From positions 378,448,001-378,512,000 of the forward strand of contig OZ024743.1 of NCBI GenBank assembly GCA_964016885.1: a stretch of DNA of 64,000 nt, in the 5' to 3' direction. This document shows positions 38,201-50,600 of this stretch, in pieces. Origin of the DNA: Eledone cirrhosa. Lineage: Eukaryota. Numbering within the stretch: the first letter of the stretch is position 1; each line of letters starts with the position of its first letter. Under the pieces are notes generated by a model. The model worked only from the letters and a program-made list of their open reading frames with translations, had not been told where the DNA came from and did no database searches. Made by a program: the position numbers and the translations under genes.

Positions 38201-41200
38201 CTCTCTCTCTCTCTAGTGTAAGAGAAACTGGGGTAGTGGTGGGGTGTAACTCTCTCTCTCTCTAGTGTAGGAGAAACTGGGGTAGTGGTGGGGTGTAAAA
38301 CTCTCTCTCTCTCTCTAGTGTAAGAGAAACTGGGGTAGTGGTGGGGTGTAAAACTCTCTCTCTCTCTCTAGTGTAAGAGAAACTGGGGTAGTGGTGGGGT
38401 GTAAAACTCTCTCTCTCTAGTGTAAGAGAAACTGGGGTAGTGGTGGGGTGTAAAACTCTCTCTCTCTCTCTCGTATAAGAGAAACTGGGGTAGTGGTGGG
38501 GTGTAAAACTCTCTCTCTCTCTCTAGTGTAAGAGAAACTTGGGTAGTGGTGGGGTGTAAAACTCTCTCTCTCTAGTGTATGAGAAACTGGGGTAGTGGTG
38601 GGGTGTAAAACTCTCTCTCTAGTGTAAGAGAAACTGGGGTAGTGGTGGGGTGTAAAACTCTCTCTCTCTAGTGTAAGAGAAACTGGGGTAGTGGTGGGGT
38701 GTAAAACTCTCTCTCTCTAGTGTAAGAGAAAATGGGGTAGTGGTGGGGTGTAAAACTCTCTCTCTAGTGTAAGAGAAACTGGGGTAGTGGTGGGGTGTAA
38801 AACTCTCTCTTTCTCTCTAGTGTAAGAGAAACTGGGGTAGTGGTGGGGTGTAAAACTCTCTCTCTCTCTCTAGTGTAAGAGAAACTGGGGTAGTGATGGG
38901 GTGTAAATCTCTCTCTCTCTCTAGTGTAGGAGAAACTGGGGTAGTGGTGGGGTGTAAAACTCTCTCTCTCTCTCTAGTGTAAGAGAAACTGGGGTAGTGG
39001 TGGGCTGTAAAACTCTCTCTCTCTAGTGTATGAGAAACTGGGGTAGTGGTGGGGTGTGAAACTCTCTCTCTCTAGTGTATGAGAAACTGGGGTAGTGGTG
39101 GGGTGTAAAACTCTCTCTCTAGTGTAAGAGAAACTGGGGTAGTGGTGGGGTGTAAAACTCTCTCTCTCTAGTGTATGAGAAACTGGGGTAGTGGTGGGGT
39201 GTGAAACTCTCTCTCTCTAGTGTATGAGAAACTGGGGTAGTGGTGGGGTGTAAAACTCTCTCTCTAGTGTAAGAGAAACTGGGGTAGTGGTGGGGTGTAA
39301 AACTCTCTCTCTCTAGTGTAAGAGAAACTGGGGTAGTGGTGGGGTGTAAAACTCTCTCTCTCTCTCTAGTGTAAGAGAAACTGGGGTAGTGGTGGGGTGT
39401 AAAACTCTCTCTCTCTAGTGTAGGAGAAACTGGGATAGTGGTGGGGTGTAAAACTCTCTCTCTCTCTCTAGTGTAAGAGAAACTGGGGTAGTGGTGGGGT
39501 GTAAAACTCTCTCTCTAGTGTATGAGAAACTGGGGTAGTGGTGGGGTGTAAAACTCTCTCTCTCTAGTGTAAGAGAAACTGGGGTAGTGGTGGGGTGTAA
39601 AACTCTCTCTCTCTCTCTAGTGTAAGAGAAACTGGGGTAGTGGTGGGGTGTAAAACTCTCTCTCTCTCTCTAGTGTAAGAGAAACTGGGGTAGTGGTGGG
39701 GTGTAAAACACTCTATCTAGTGTATGAGCAACTGGGGTAGTGGTGGGGTGTAAAACACTCTCTCTCTAGTGTAAGAGAAACTGGGGTAGTGGTGGGGTGT
39801 AAAACTCTCTCTCTCTCTCTAGTGTAAGAGAAACTGGGGTAGTGGTGGGGTGTAAATCTCTCTCTCTCTCTAGTGTAGGAGAAACTGGGGTAGTGGTGGG
39901 GTGTAAAACTCTCTCTCTCTCTCTAGTGTAAGAGAAACTGGGGTAGTGGTGGGGTGTAAAACTCTCTCTCTCTCTCTAGTGTAAGAGAAACTGGGGTAGT
40001 GGTGGGGTGTAAAACTCTCTCTCTAGTGTATGAGAAACTGGGGTAGTGGTGGGGTGTAAAACTCTCTCTCTCTCTCTAGTGTAAGAGAAACTGGGGTAGT
40101 GGTGGGGTGTAAAACTCTCTCTCTCTCTCTAGTGTAAGAGAAACTGGGGTAGTGGTGGGGTGTAAAACTCTCTCTCTCTAGTGTAAGAGAAACTGGGGTA
40201 GTGGTGGGGTGTAAAACTCTCTCTCTCTCTCTAGTGTAAGAGAAACTGGGGTAGTGGTGGGGTGTAAAACTCTCTCTCTCTCTCTAGTGTAGGAGAAACT
40301 GGGGTAGTGGTGGGGTGTAAAACTCTCTCTCTCTAGTGTAGGAGAAACTGGGGTAGTGGTGGGGTTTAAAATTCTCTCTCTCTCTAGTGTAAGAGAAACT
40401 GGGGTAGTGGTGGGGTGTAAAACTCTCTCTCTCTAGTGTAAGAGAAACTGGGGTAGTGGTGGGGTGTAAAACTCTCTCTCTCTCTCTAGTGTAAGAGAAA
40501 CTGGGGTAGTGGTGGGGTGTAAAACTCTCTCTCTCTAGTGTAGGAGAAACTGGGGTAGTGGTGGGGTGTAAAACTCTCTCTCTCTAGTGTAAGAGAAACT
40601 GGGGTAGTGGTGGGGTGTAAAACTCTCTCTCCCTAGTGTAAAAGAAACTGGGGTAGTGGTGGGGTGTAAAACTCTCTCTCTAGTGTAGGAGAAACTGGGG
40701 TAGTGGTGGGGTGTAAAACTCTCTCTCTCTAGTGTAAGAGAAACTGGGGTAGTGGTGGGGTGTAAAACTCTCTCTCTCTAGTGTAAGAGAAACTGGGGTA
40801 GTGGTGGGGTGTAAAACTCTCTCTCTCTAGTGTAAGAGAAACTGGGGTAGTGGTGGGGTGTAAAACTCTCTCTCTCTAGTGTAGGAGAAACTGGGGTAGT
40901 GGTGGGGTGTAAAACTCTCTCTCTCTAGTGTAAGAGAAACTAGGGTAGTGGTGGGGTGTAAAACTCTCTCTCTCTAGTGTAAGAGAAACTGGGGTAGTGG
41001 TGGGGTGTAAAACTCTCTCTCTCTCTCTAGTGTAACAGAAACTGGGGTAGTGGTGGGGTGTAAAACTCTCTCTCTCTCTCTAGTGTAGGAGAAACTGGGG
41101 TAGTGGTGGGGTGTAAAACTCTCTCTCTCTAGTGTAGGAGAAACTGGGGTAGTGGTGGGGTGTAAAACTCTCTCTCTCTAGTGTAAGAGAAACTGGGGTA

Positions 41201-42720
41201 GTGGTGGGGTGTAAATCTCTCTGTCTCTCTCTAGTGTAGGAGAAACTGGGGTAGTGGTGGGGTGTAAAACTCTCTCTCTCTAGTGTAAGAGAAACTGGGG
41301 TAGTGGTGGGGTCTAAAACTCTCTCTCTCTAGTGTAAGAGAAACTGGGGTAGTGGTGGGGTGTAAAACTCTCTCTCTCTAGTGTAAGAGAAACTGGGGTA
41401 GTGCTGGGGTGTAAAACTCTCTCTCTCTAGTGCAAGAGAAACTGGGGTAGTGGTGGGGTGTAAATCTCTCTCTCTAGTGTAGGAGAAACTGGGGTAGTGG
41501 TGGGGTGTAAAACTCTCTCTCTAGTGTAGGAGAAACTGGGGTAGTGGTGGGGTGTAAAACTCTCTCTCTAGTGTAGGAGAAACTGGGGTAGTGGTGGGGT
41601 GTAAAACTCTCTCTCTAGTGTAGGAGAAACTGGGGTAGTGGTGGGGTGTAAAACTCTCTCTCTAGTGTAGAAGAAACTGGGGTAGTGGTGGGGTGTAAAA
41701 CTCTCTCTCTAGTGTAGGAGAAACTGGGGGTAGTGGTGGGGTGTAAAACTCTCTCTCTAGTGTAGGAGAAACTGGGGTAGTGGTGGGGTGTAAAACTCTC
41801 TCTCTAGTGTAGGAGAAACTGGGGTAGTGGTGGGGTGTAAAACTCTCTCTCTAGTGTAGGAGAAACTGGGGTAGTGGTGGGGTGTAAAACTCTCTCTCTC
41901 TCTCTAGTGTAGGAGAAACTGGGGTAGTGGTGGGGTGTAAAACTCTCTCTCTCTCTCTAGTGTAGGAGAAACTGGGGTAGTGGTGGGGTGTAAAACTCTC
42001 CCTCTCTCTCTAGTGTATGAGAAACTGGGGTAGTGGTGGGGTGTAAAACTCTCTCTGTCTCTAGTGTAGTAGAAACTGGGGTAGTGGTGGGGTGTAAAAC
42101 TGTCTCTCTAGTGTAAGAGAAACTGGGGTAGTGGTGGGGTGTAAAACTCTCTGTCTCACTCTAGTGTAGGAGAAACTGGGGTAGTGGTGGGGTGTAAAAC
42201 TCTCTCTCTCTCTCTAGTGTAGGAGAAACTGGGGTAGTGGTGGGGTGTAAAACTCTCTCTCTCTCTCTAGTGTAGGAGAAACTGGGGTAGTGGTGGGGTG
42301 TAAAACTCTCTGTCTCTGTCTAGTGTAGGAGAAACTGGGGTAGTGGTGGCGTGTAAAACTCTCTCTCTCTCTCTAGTGTAGGAGAAACTGGGGTAGTGGT
42401 GGGGGTGTAAAACTCTCTGTCTCTCTCTAGTGTAGGAGAAACTGGGGTAGTGGTGGGGTGTAAAAGTCTCTGTCTCTCTCTAGTGTAGGAGAAACTGGGG
42501 TAGTGGTGGGGTGTAAAACTCTCTCTCTCTAGTGTAAGAGAAACTGGGGTAGTGGTGGGGTGTAAAACTCTCTGTCTCTCTCTAGTGTAGGAGAAACTGG
42601 GGTAGTGGTGGGGTGTAAAACTCTCTCTCTCTAGTGTATGAGAAACTGGGGTAGTGGTGGGGTGTAAAAGTCTCTGTCTCTCTCTAGTGTAGGAGAAACT
42701 GGGGTAGGGGTGGGGTGTAA
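35300..42720 (+). repeat. More diverged copy of the block family found at ~44650-49130, ~49130-57300 and ~57550-64000
   Basis: Ordered markers CTGAGG (35357), GGGATG (~35569), CTAGGG (37221), GTAACAG (~37312), GTGAGG (~37927), CACTCTATCTAGTGTATGAGCAAC (~39709), CCCTAGTGTAAAAG (40631), GTGCAAG (~41430), GTAGAAG (~41667) and CTGTCTCACT (42151) all recur in the same order downstream. Confidence 0.85.
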
Positions 42721-44649
42721 AACTCTCTCTCTCTAGTGTAAGAGAAACTGGGGTAGTGGTGGGGTGTAAAACTCTCTCTCTCTAGTGTAGGAGAAACTGG
42801 GGTAGTGGTGGGGTGTAAAACTCTCTCTCTCTAGTGTAGGAGAAACTGGGGTAGTGGTGGGGTGTAAAACTCTCTCTCTCTAGTGTAGGAGAAACTGGGG
42901 TAGTGGTGGGGTGTAAAACTCTCTCTCTCTAGTGTAGGAGAAACTGGGGTAGTGGTGGGGTGTAAAACTCTCTCTCTCTAGTGTAGGAGAAACTGGGGTA
43001 GTGGTGGGGTGTAAAACTCTCTCTCTCTAGTGTAGGAGAAACTGGGGTAGTGGTGGGGTGTAAAACTCTCTCTCTCTAGTGTAAGAGAAACTGGGGTAGT
43101 GGTGGGGTGTAAAACTCTCTCTCTCTAGTGTAAGAGAAACTGGGGTAGTGGTGGGCTGTAAAACTCTCTGTCTCTCTCTAGTGTAGGAGAAACTGGGGTA
43201 GTGGTGGGGTGTAAAACTCTCTCTCTCTAGTGTAAGAGAAACTGGGGTAGTGGTGGGGTGTAAAACTCTCTCTCTCTCTAGTGTAAGAGAAACTGGGGTA
43301 GTGGTGGGTGTAAAACTCTCTCTCTCTCTAGTGTAAGAGAAACTGGGGTAGTGGTGGGGTGTAAAACTCTCTCTCTCTAGTGTAAGAGAAACTGGGGTAG
43401 TGGTGGGGTGTAAAACTCTCTCTCTCTAGTGTAAGAGAAACTGGGGTAGTGGTGGGGTGTAAAACTCTCTCTCTCTCTAGTGTAAGAGAAACTGGGGTAG
43501 TGGTGGGGTGTAAAACTCTCTCTCTCTATTGTAGGAGAAACTGGGGTAGTGGTGGGGTGTAAACTCTCTCTCTCTCTCTATTGTAGGAGAAACTGGGGTA
43601 GTGGTGGGGTGTAAAACTCTCTCTCTCTAGTGTAAGAGAAACTGGGGTAGTGGTGGGGTGTAAAACTCTCTCTCTCTAGTGTAAGAGAAACTGGGGTAGT
43701 GGTGGGGTGTAAAACTCTCTCTCTCTAGTGTAAGAGAAACTGGGGTAGTGGTGGGGTGTAAAACTCTCTCTCTACTGTATGAGAAACTGGGGTAGTGGTG
43801 GGGTGTAAAACTCTCTCTCTCTCTCTAGTGTAAGAGAAACTGAGGTAGTGGTGGGGTGTAAAACTCTCTCTCTCTCTCTAGTGTAAGAGAAACTGGGGTA
43901 GTGGTGGGGTGTAAAACTCTCTCTCTAGTGTATGAGAAACTGGGGTAGTGGTGGGGTGTAAAACTCTCTCTCTCTCTAGTGTAAGAGAAACTGGGGTAGT
44001 GGTGGGGTGTAAAACTCTCTCTCTCTCTCTAGTGTAAGAGAAACTGGGGTAGTGGTGGGGTGTAAAACTCTCTCTCTCTAGTGTAAGAGAAACTGGGGTA
44101 GTGGTGGGGTGTAAAACTCTCTCTCTCTAGTGTAAGAGAAACTGGGGTAGTGGTGGGGTGTAAAACTCTCTCTCTCTCTCTAGTGTAAGAGAAACTGGGG
44201 TAGTGGTGGGGTGTAAAACTCTCTCTCTCTAGTGTAGGAGAAACTGGGGTAGTGGTGGGGTGTAAAACTCTCTCTCTCTAGTGTAGGAGAAACTGGGGTA
44301 GTGGTGGGGTGTAAAACTCTCTCTCTCTAGTGTAAGAGAAACTGGGGTAGTGGTGGGGTGTAAAACTCTCTCTCTCTAGTGTAAGAGAAACTGGGGTAGT
44401 GGTGGGGTGTAAAACTCTCTCTCTCTCGCTAGTGTAAGAGAAACTGGGGTAGTGGTGGGGTGTAAAACTCTCTCTCTCTAGTGTATGAGAAACTGGGGTA
44501 GTGGTGGGGTGTGAAACTCTCTCTCTCTAGTGTATGAGAAACTGGGGTAGTGGTGGGGTGTAAAACTCTCTCTCTAGTGTAAGAGAAACTGGGGTAGTGG
44601 TGGGGTGTAAAACTCTCTCTCTCTAGTGTAAGAGAAACTGGGGTAGTGG

Positions 44650-47600
44650 TGGGGTGTAAAACTCTCTCTCTCTCTCTAGTGTAAGAGAAACTGAGGTAGT
44701 GGTGGGGTGTAAAACTCTCTCTCTCTAGTGTAGGAGAAACTGGGGTAGTGGTGGGGTGTAAAACTCTCTCTCTCTCTCTATTGTAAGAGAAACTGGGGTA
44801 GTGGTGGGGTGTAAAACTCTCTCTCTAGTGTATGAGAAACTGGGGTAGTGGTGGGGTGTAAAACTCTCTCTTCTCTAGTGTAAGAGAAACTGGGGTAGTG
44901 GTGGGATGTAAAACTCTCTCTCTCTCTCTAGTGTAAGAGAAACTGGGGTAGTGGTGGGGTGTAAAACTCTCTCTCTCTCTCTAGTGTAAGAGAAACTGGG
45001 GTAGTGGTGGGGTGTAAAACTCTCTCTCTAGTGTATGAGAAACTGGGGTAGTGGTGGGGTGTAAAACTCTCTCTCTCTAGTGTAAGAGAAACTGGGGTAG
45101 TGGTGGGGTGTAAAACTCTCTCTCTAGTGTAAGAGAAACAGGGGTAGTGGTGGGGTGTAAAACTCTCTCTCTCTCTCTAGTGTAAGAGAAACTGGGGTAG
45201 TGGTGGGGTGTAAATCTCTCTCTCTCTCTAGTGTAGGAGAAACTGGGGTAGTGGTGGGGTGTAAAACTCTCTCTCTCTCTCTAGTGTAAGAGAAACTGGG
45301 GTAGTGGTGGGGTGTAAAACTCTCTCTCTCTCTCTAGTGTAAGAGAAACTCGGGTAGTGCTGGGGTGTAAAACTCTCTCTCTCTAGTGTAAGAGAAACTG
45401 GGGTAGTGGTGGGGTGTAAAACTCTCTCTCTAGTGTAAGAGAAACTGGGGTAGTGGTGGGGTGTAAAACTCTCTCTCTCTCTCTAGTGTAAGAGAAACTG
45501 GGGTAGTGGTGGGGTGTAAAACTCTCTCTCTCTCTCTCTAGTGTAAGAGAAACTGGGGTAGTGGTGGGGTGTAAAACTCTCTCTCTAGTGTATGAGAAAC
45601 TGGGGTAGTGGTGGGGTGTAAAACTCTCTCTCTCTCTCTAGTGTAAGAGAAACTGGGGTAGTGGTGGGGTGTAAAACTCTCTCTCTCTCTCTAGTGTAAG
45701 AGAAACTGGGGTAGTGGTGGGGTGTAAAACTCTCTCTCTCTAGTGTAAGAGAAACTGGGGTAGTGGTGGGGTGTAAAACTCTCTCTCTCTCTCTAGTGTA
45801 AGAGAAACTGGGGTAGTGGTGGCGTGTAAAACTCTCTCTCTCTCTCTAGTGTAGGAGAAACTGGGGTAGTGGTGGGGTGTAAAACTCTCTCTCTCTAGTG
45901 TAGGAGAAACTGGGGTAGTGGTGGGGTGTAAAACTCTCTCTCTCTCTAGTGTAAGAGAAACTGGGGTAGTGGTGGGGTGTAAAACTCTCTCTCTCTAGTG
46001 TAAGAGAAACTGGGGTAGTGCTGGGGTGTAAAACTCTCTCTCTCTCTCTAGTGTAAGAGAAACTGGGGTAGTGGTGGGGTGTAAAACTCTCTCTCTCTAG
46101 TGTAGGAGAAACTGGGGTAGTGGTGGGGTGTAAAACTCTCTCTCTCTAGTGTAAGGGAAACTGGGGTAGTGGTGGGGTGTAAAACTCTCTCTCTCTAGTG
46201 TAAGAGAAACTGGGGTAGTGGTGGGGTGTAAAACTCTCTCTCTCTAGTGTAGGAGAAACTGGGGTAGTGGTGGGGTGTAAAACTCTCTCTCTCTAGTGTA
46301 AGAGAAACTGGGGTAGTGGTGGGGTGTAAAACTCTGTCTCTCTAGTGTAAGAGAAACTGGGGTAGTGGTGGGGTGTAAAACTCTCTCTCTCTAGTGTAAG
46401 AGAAACTGGGGTAGTGGTGGGGTGTAAAACTCTCTCTCTCTAGTGTAGGAGAAACTGGGGTAGTGGTGGGGTGTAAAACTCTCTCTCTCTAGTGTAAGAG
46501 AAACTAGGGTAGTGGTGGGGTGTAAAACTCTCTCTCTCTAGTGTAAGAGAAACTGGGGTAGTGGTGGGGTGTAAAACTCTCTCTCTCTCTCTAGTGTAAC
46601 AGAAACTGGGGTAGTGGTGGGGTGTAAAACTCTCTCTCTCTCTCTAGTGTAGGAGAAACTGGGGTAGTGTTGGGGTGTAAAACTCTCTGTCTCTCTCTAG
46701 TGTAGGAGAAACTGGGGTAGTGGTGGGGTGTAAAACTCTCTCTCTCTAGTGTAAGAGAAACTGGGGTAGTGGTGGGGTGTAAATTTCTCTGTCTCTCTCT
46801 AGTGTAGGAGAAACTGGGGTAGTGGTGGGGTGTAAAACTCTCTCTCTCTAGTGTAAGAGAAACTGGGGTAGTGGTGGGGTGTAAAACTCTCTCTCTCTAG
46901 TGTAAGAGAAACTGGGGTAGTGGTGGGGTGTAAAACTCTCTCTCTCTAGTGTAAGAGAAACTGGGGTAGTGGTGGGGTGTAAAACTCTCTCTCTCTAGTG
47001 TAAGAGAAACTGGGGTAGTGGTGGGGTGTAAAACTCTCTCTCTCTAGTGTAAGAGAAACTGGGGTAGTGGTGGGGTGTAAATCTCTCTCTCTAGTGTAGG
47101 AGAAACTGGGGTAGTGGTGGGGTGTAAAACTCTCTCTCTAGTGTAGGAGAAACTGGGGTAGTGGTGGGGTGTAAAACTCTCTCTCTAGTGTAGGAGAAAC
47201 TGGGGTAGTGGTGAGGTGTAAAACTCTCTCTCTCTCTCTAGTGTAAGAGAAACTGGGGTAGTGGTGGGGTGTAAAACTCTCTCTCTCTAGTGTAGGAGAA
47301 ACTGGGGTAGTGGTGGGGTGTAAATCTCTCTCTCTCTCTAGTGTAGGAGAAACTGGGGTAGTGGTGGGGTGTAAAACTCTCTCTCTCTCTCTAGTGTAAG
47401 AGAAACTGGGGTAGTGGTGGGGTGTAAAACTCTCTCTCTCTAGTGTAAGAGAAACTGGGGTAGTGGTGGGGTGTAAAACTCTCTCTCTCTCTCTAGTGTA
47501 AGAGAAACTGGGGTAGTGGTGGGGTGTAACTCTCTCTCTCTCTAGTGTAGGAGAAACTGGGGTAGTGGTGGGATGTAAAACTCTCTCTCTCTCTCTAGTG

Positions 47601-50600
47601 TAAGAGAAACTGGGGTAGTGGTGGGGTGTAAAACTCTCTCTCTCTCTCTAGTGTAAGAGAAACTGGGGTAGTGGTGGGGTGTAAAACTCTCTCTCTCTAG
47701 TGTAAGAGAAACTGGGGTAGTGGTGGGGTGTAAAACTCTCTCTCTCTCTAGTGTAAGAGAAACTGGGGTAGTGGTGGGGTGTAAAACTCTCTCTCTCTCT
47801 CTAGTGTAAGAGAAACTTGGGTAGTGGTGGGGTGTAAAACTCTCTCTCTAGTGTATGAGAAACTGGGGTAGTGGTGGGGTGTAAAACTCTCTCTCTCTAG
47901 TGTAAGAGAAACTGGGGTAGTGGTGGGGTGTAAAACTCTCTCTCTCTAGTGTATGAGAAACTGGGGTAGTGGTGGGGTGTGAAACTCTCTCTCTCTAGTG
48001 TATGAGAAACTGGGGTAGTGGTGGGGTGTAAAACTCTCTCTCTAGTGTAAGAGAAACTGGGGTAGTGGTGGGGTGTAAAACTCTCTCTCTCTAGTGTATG
48101 AGAAACTGGGGTAGTGGTGGGGTGTGAAACTCTCTCTCTCTAGTGTATGAGAAACTGGGGTAGTGGTGGGGTGTAAAACTCTCTCTCTAGTGTAAGAGAA
48201 ACTGGGGTAGTGGTGGGGTGTAAAACTCTCTCTCTCTAGTGTAAGAGAAACTGGGGTAGTGGTGGGGTGTAAAACTCTCTCTCTCTCTCTAGTGTAAGAG
48301 AAACTGGGGTAGTGGTGGGGTGTAAAACTCTCTCTCTCTAGTGTAGGAGAAACTGGGATAGTGGTGGGGTGTAAAACTCTCTCTCTCTCTCTAGTGTAAG
48401 AGAAACTGGGGTAGTGGTGGGGTGTAAAACTCTCTCTCTCTCTCTAGTGTAGGAGAAACTGGGGTAGTGGTGGGGTGTAAAACTCTCTCTCTAGTGTATG
48501 AGAAACTGGGGTAGTGGTGGGGTGTAAAACTCTCTCTCTCTCTCTAGTGTAGGAGAAACTGGGGTAGTGGTGGGGTGTAAAACTCTCTCTCTAGTGTATG
48601 AGAAACTGGGGTAGTGGTGGGGTGTAAAACTCTCTCTCTCTAGTGTAAGAGAAACTGGGGTAGTGGTGGGGTGTAAAACTCTCTCTCTCTCTCTAGTGTA
48701 AGAGAAACTGGGGTAGTGGTGGGGTGTAAAACTCTCTCTCTCTCTCTAGTGTAAGAGAAACTGGGGTAGTGGTGGGGTGTAAAACACTCTATCTAGTGTA
48801 TGAGCAACTGGGGTAGTGGTGGGGTGTAAAACTCTCTCTCTCTAGTGTAAGAGAAACTGGGGTAGTGGTGGGGTGTAAAACTCTCTCTCTCTCTCTAGTG
48901 TAAGAGAAACTGGGGTAGTGGTGGGGTGTAAATCTCTCTCTCTCTCTAGTGTAGGAGAAACTGGGGTAGTGGTGGGGTGTAAAACTCTCTCTCTCTCTCT
49001 AGTGTAAGAGAAACTGGGGTAGTGGTGGGGTGTAAAACTCTCTCTCTCTCTCTAGTGTAAGAGAAACTGGGGTAGTGGTGGGGTGTAAAACTCTCTCTCT
49101 AGTGTATGAGAAACTGGGGTAGTGGTGGGGTGTAAAACTCTCTCTCTCTCTCTAGTGTAAGAGAAACTGAGGTAGTGGTGGGGTGTAAAACTCTCTCTCT
49201 CTAGTGTAGGAGAAACTGGGGTAGTGGTGGGGTGTAAAACTCTCTCTCTCTCTCTATTGTAAGAGAAACTGGGGTAGTGGTGGGGTGTAAAACTCTCTCT
49301 CTAGTGTATGAGAAACTGGGGTAGTGGTGGGGTGTAAAACTCTCTCTTCTCTAGAGTAAGAGAAACTGGGGTAGTGGTGGGATGTAAAACTCTCTCTCTC
49401 TCTCTAGTGTAAGAGAAACTGGGGTAGTGGTGGGGTGTAAAACTCTCTCTCTCTCTCTAGTGTAAGAGAAACTGGGGTAGTGGTGGGGTGTAAAACTCTC
49501 TCTCTAGTGTATGAGAAACTGGGGTAGTGGTGGGGTGTAAAACTCTCTCTCTCTAGTGTAAGAGAAACTGGGGTAGTGGTGGGGTGTAAAACTCTCTCTC
49601 TCTCTCTAGTGTAAGAGAAACTGGGGTAGTGGTGGGGTGTAAATCTCTCTCTCTCTCTAGTGTAGGAGAAACTGGGGTAGTGGTGGGGTGTAAAACTCTC
49701 TCTCTCTCTCTAGTGTAAGAGAAACTGGGGTAGTGGTGGGGTGTAAAACTCTCTCTCTCTCTCTAGTGTAAGAGAAACTCGGGTAGTGCTGGGGTGTAAA
49801 ACTCTCTCTCTCTAGTGTAAGAGAAACTGGGGTAGTGGTGGGGTGTAAAACTCTCTCTCTAGTGTAAGAGAAACTGGGGTAGTGGTGGGGTGTAAAACTC
49901 TCTCTCTCTCTCTAGTGTAAGAGAAACTGGGGTAGTGGTGGGGTGTAAAACTCTCTCTCTCTCTCTCTAGTGTAAGAGAAACTGGGGTAGTGGTGGGGTG
50001 TAAAACTCTCTCTCTAGTGTATGAGAAACTGGGGTAGTGGTGGGGTGTAAAACTCTCTCTCTCTCTCTAGTGTAAGAGAAACTGGGGTAGTGGTGGGGTG
50101 TAAAACTCTCTCTCTCTCTCTAGTGTAAGAGAAACTGGGGTAGTGGTGGGGTGTAAAACTCTCTCTCTCTAGTGTAAGAGAAACTGGGGTAGTGGTGGGG
50201 TGTAAAACTCTCTCTCTCTCTCTAGTGTAAGAGAAACTGGGGTAGTGGTGGCGTGTAAAACTCTCTCTCTCTCTCTAGTGTAGGAGAAACTGGGGTAGTG
50301 GTGGGGTGTAAAACTCTCTCTCTCTAGTGTAGGAGAAACTGGGGTAGTGGTGGGGTGTAAAACTCTCTCTCTCTCTAGTGTAAGAGAAACTGGGGTAGTG
50401 GTGGGGTGTAAAACTCTCTCTCTCTAGTGTAAGAGAAACTGGGGTAGTGCTGGGGTGTAAAACTCTCTCTCTCTCTCTAGTGTAAGAGAAACTGGGGTAG
50501 TGGTGGGGTGTAAAACTCTCTCTCTCTAGTGTAGGAGAAACTGGGGTAGTGGTGGGGTGTAAAACTCTCTCTCTCTAGTGTAAGAGAAACTGGGGTAGTG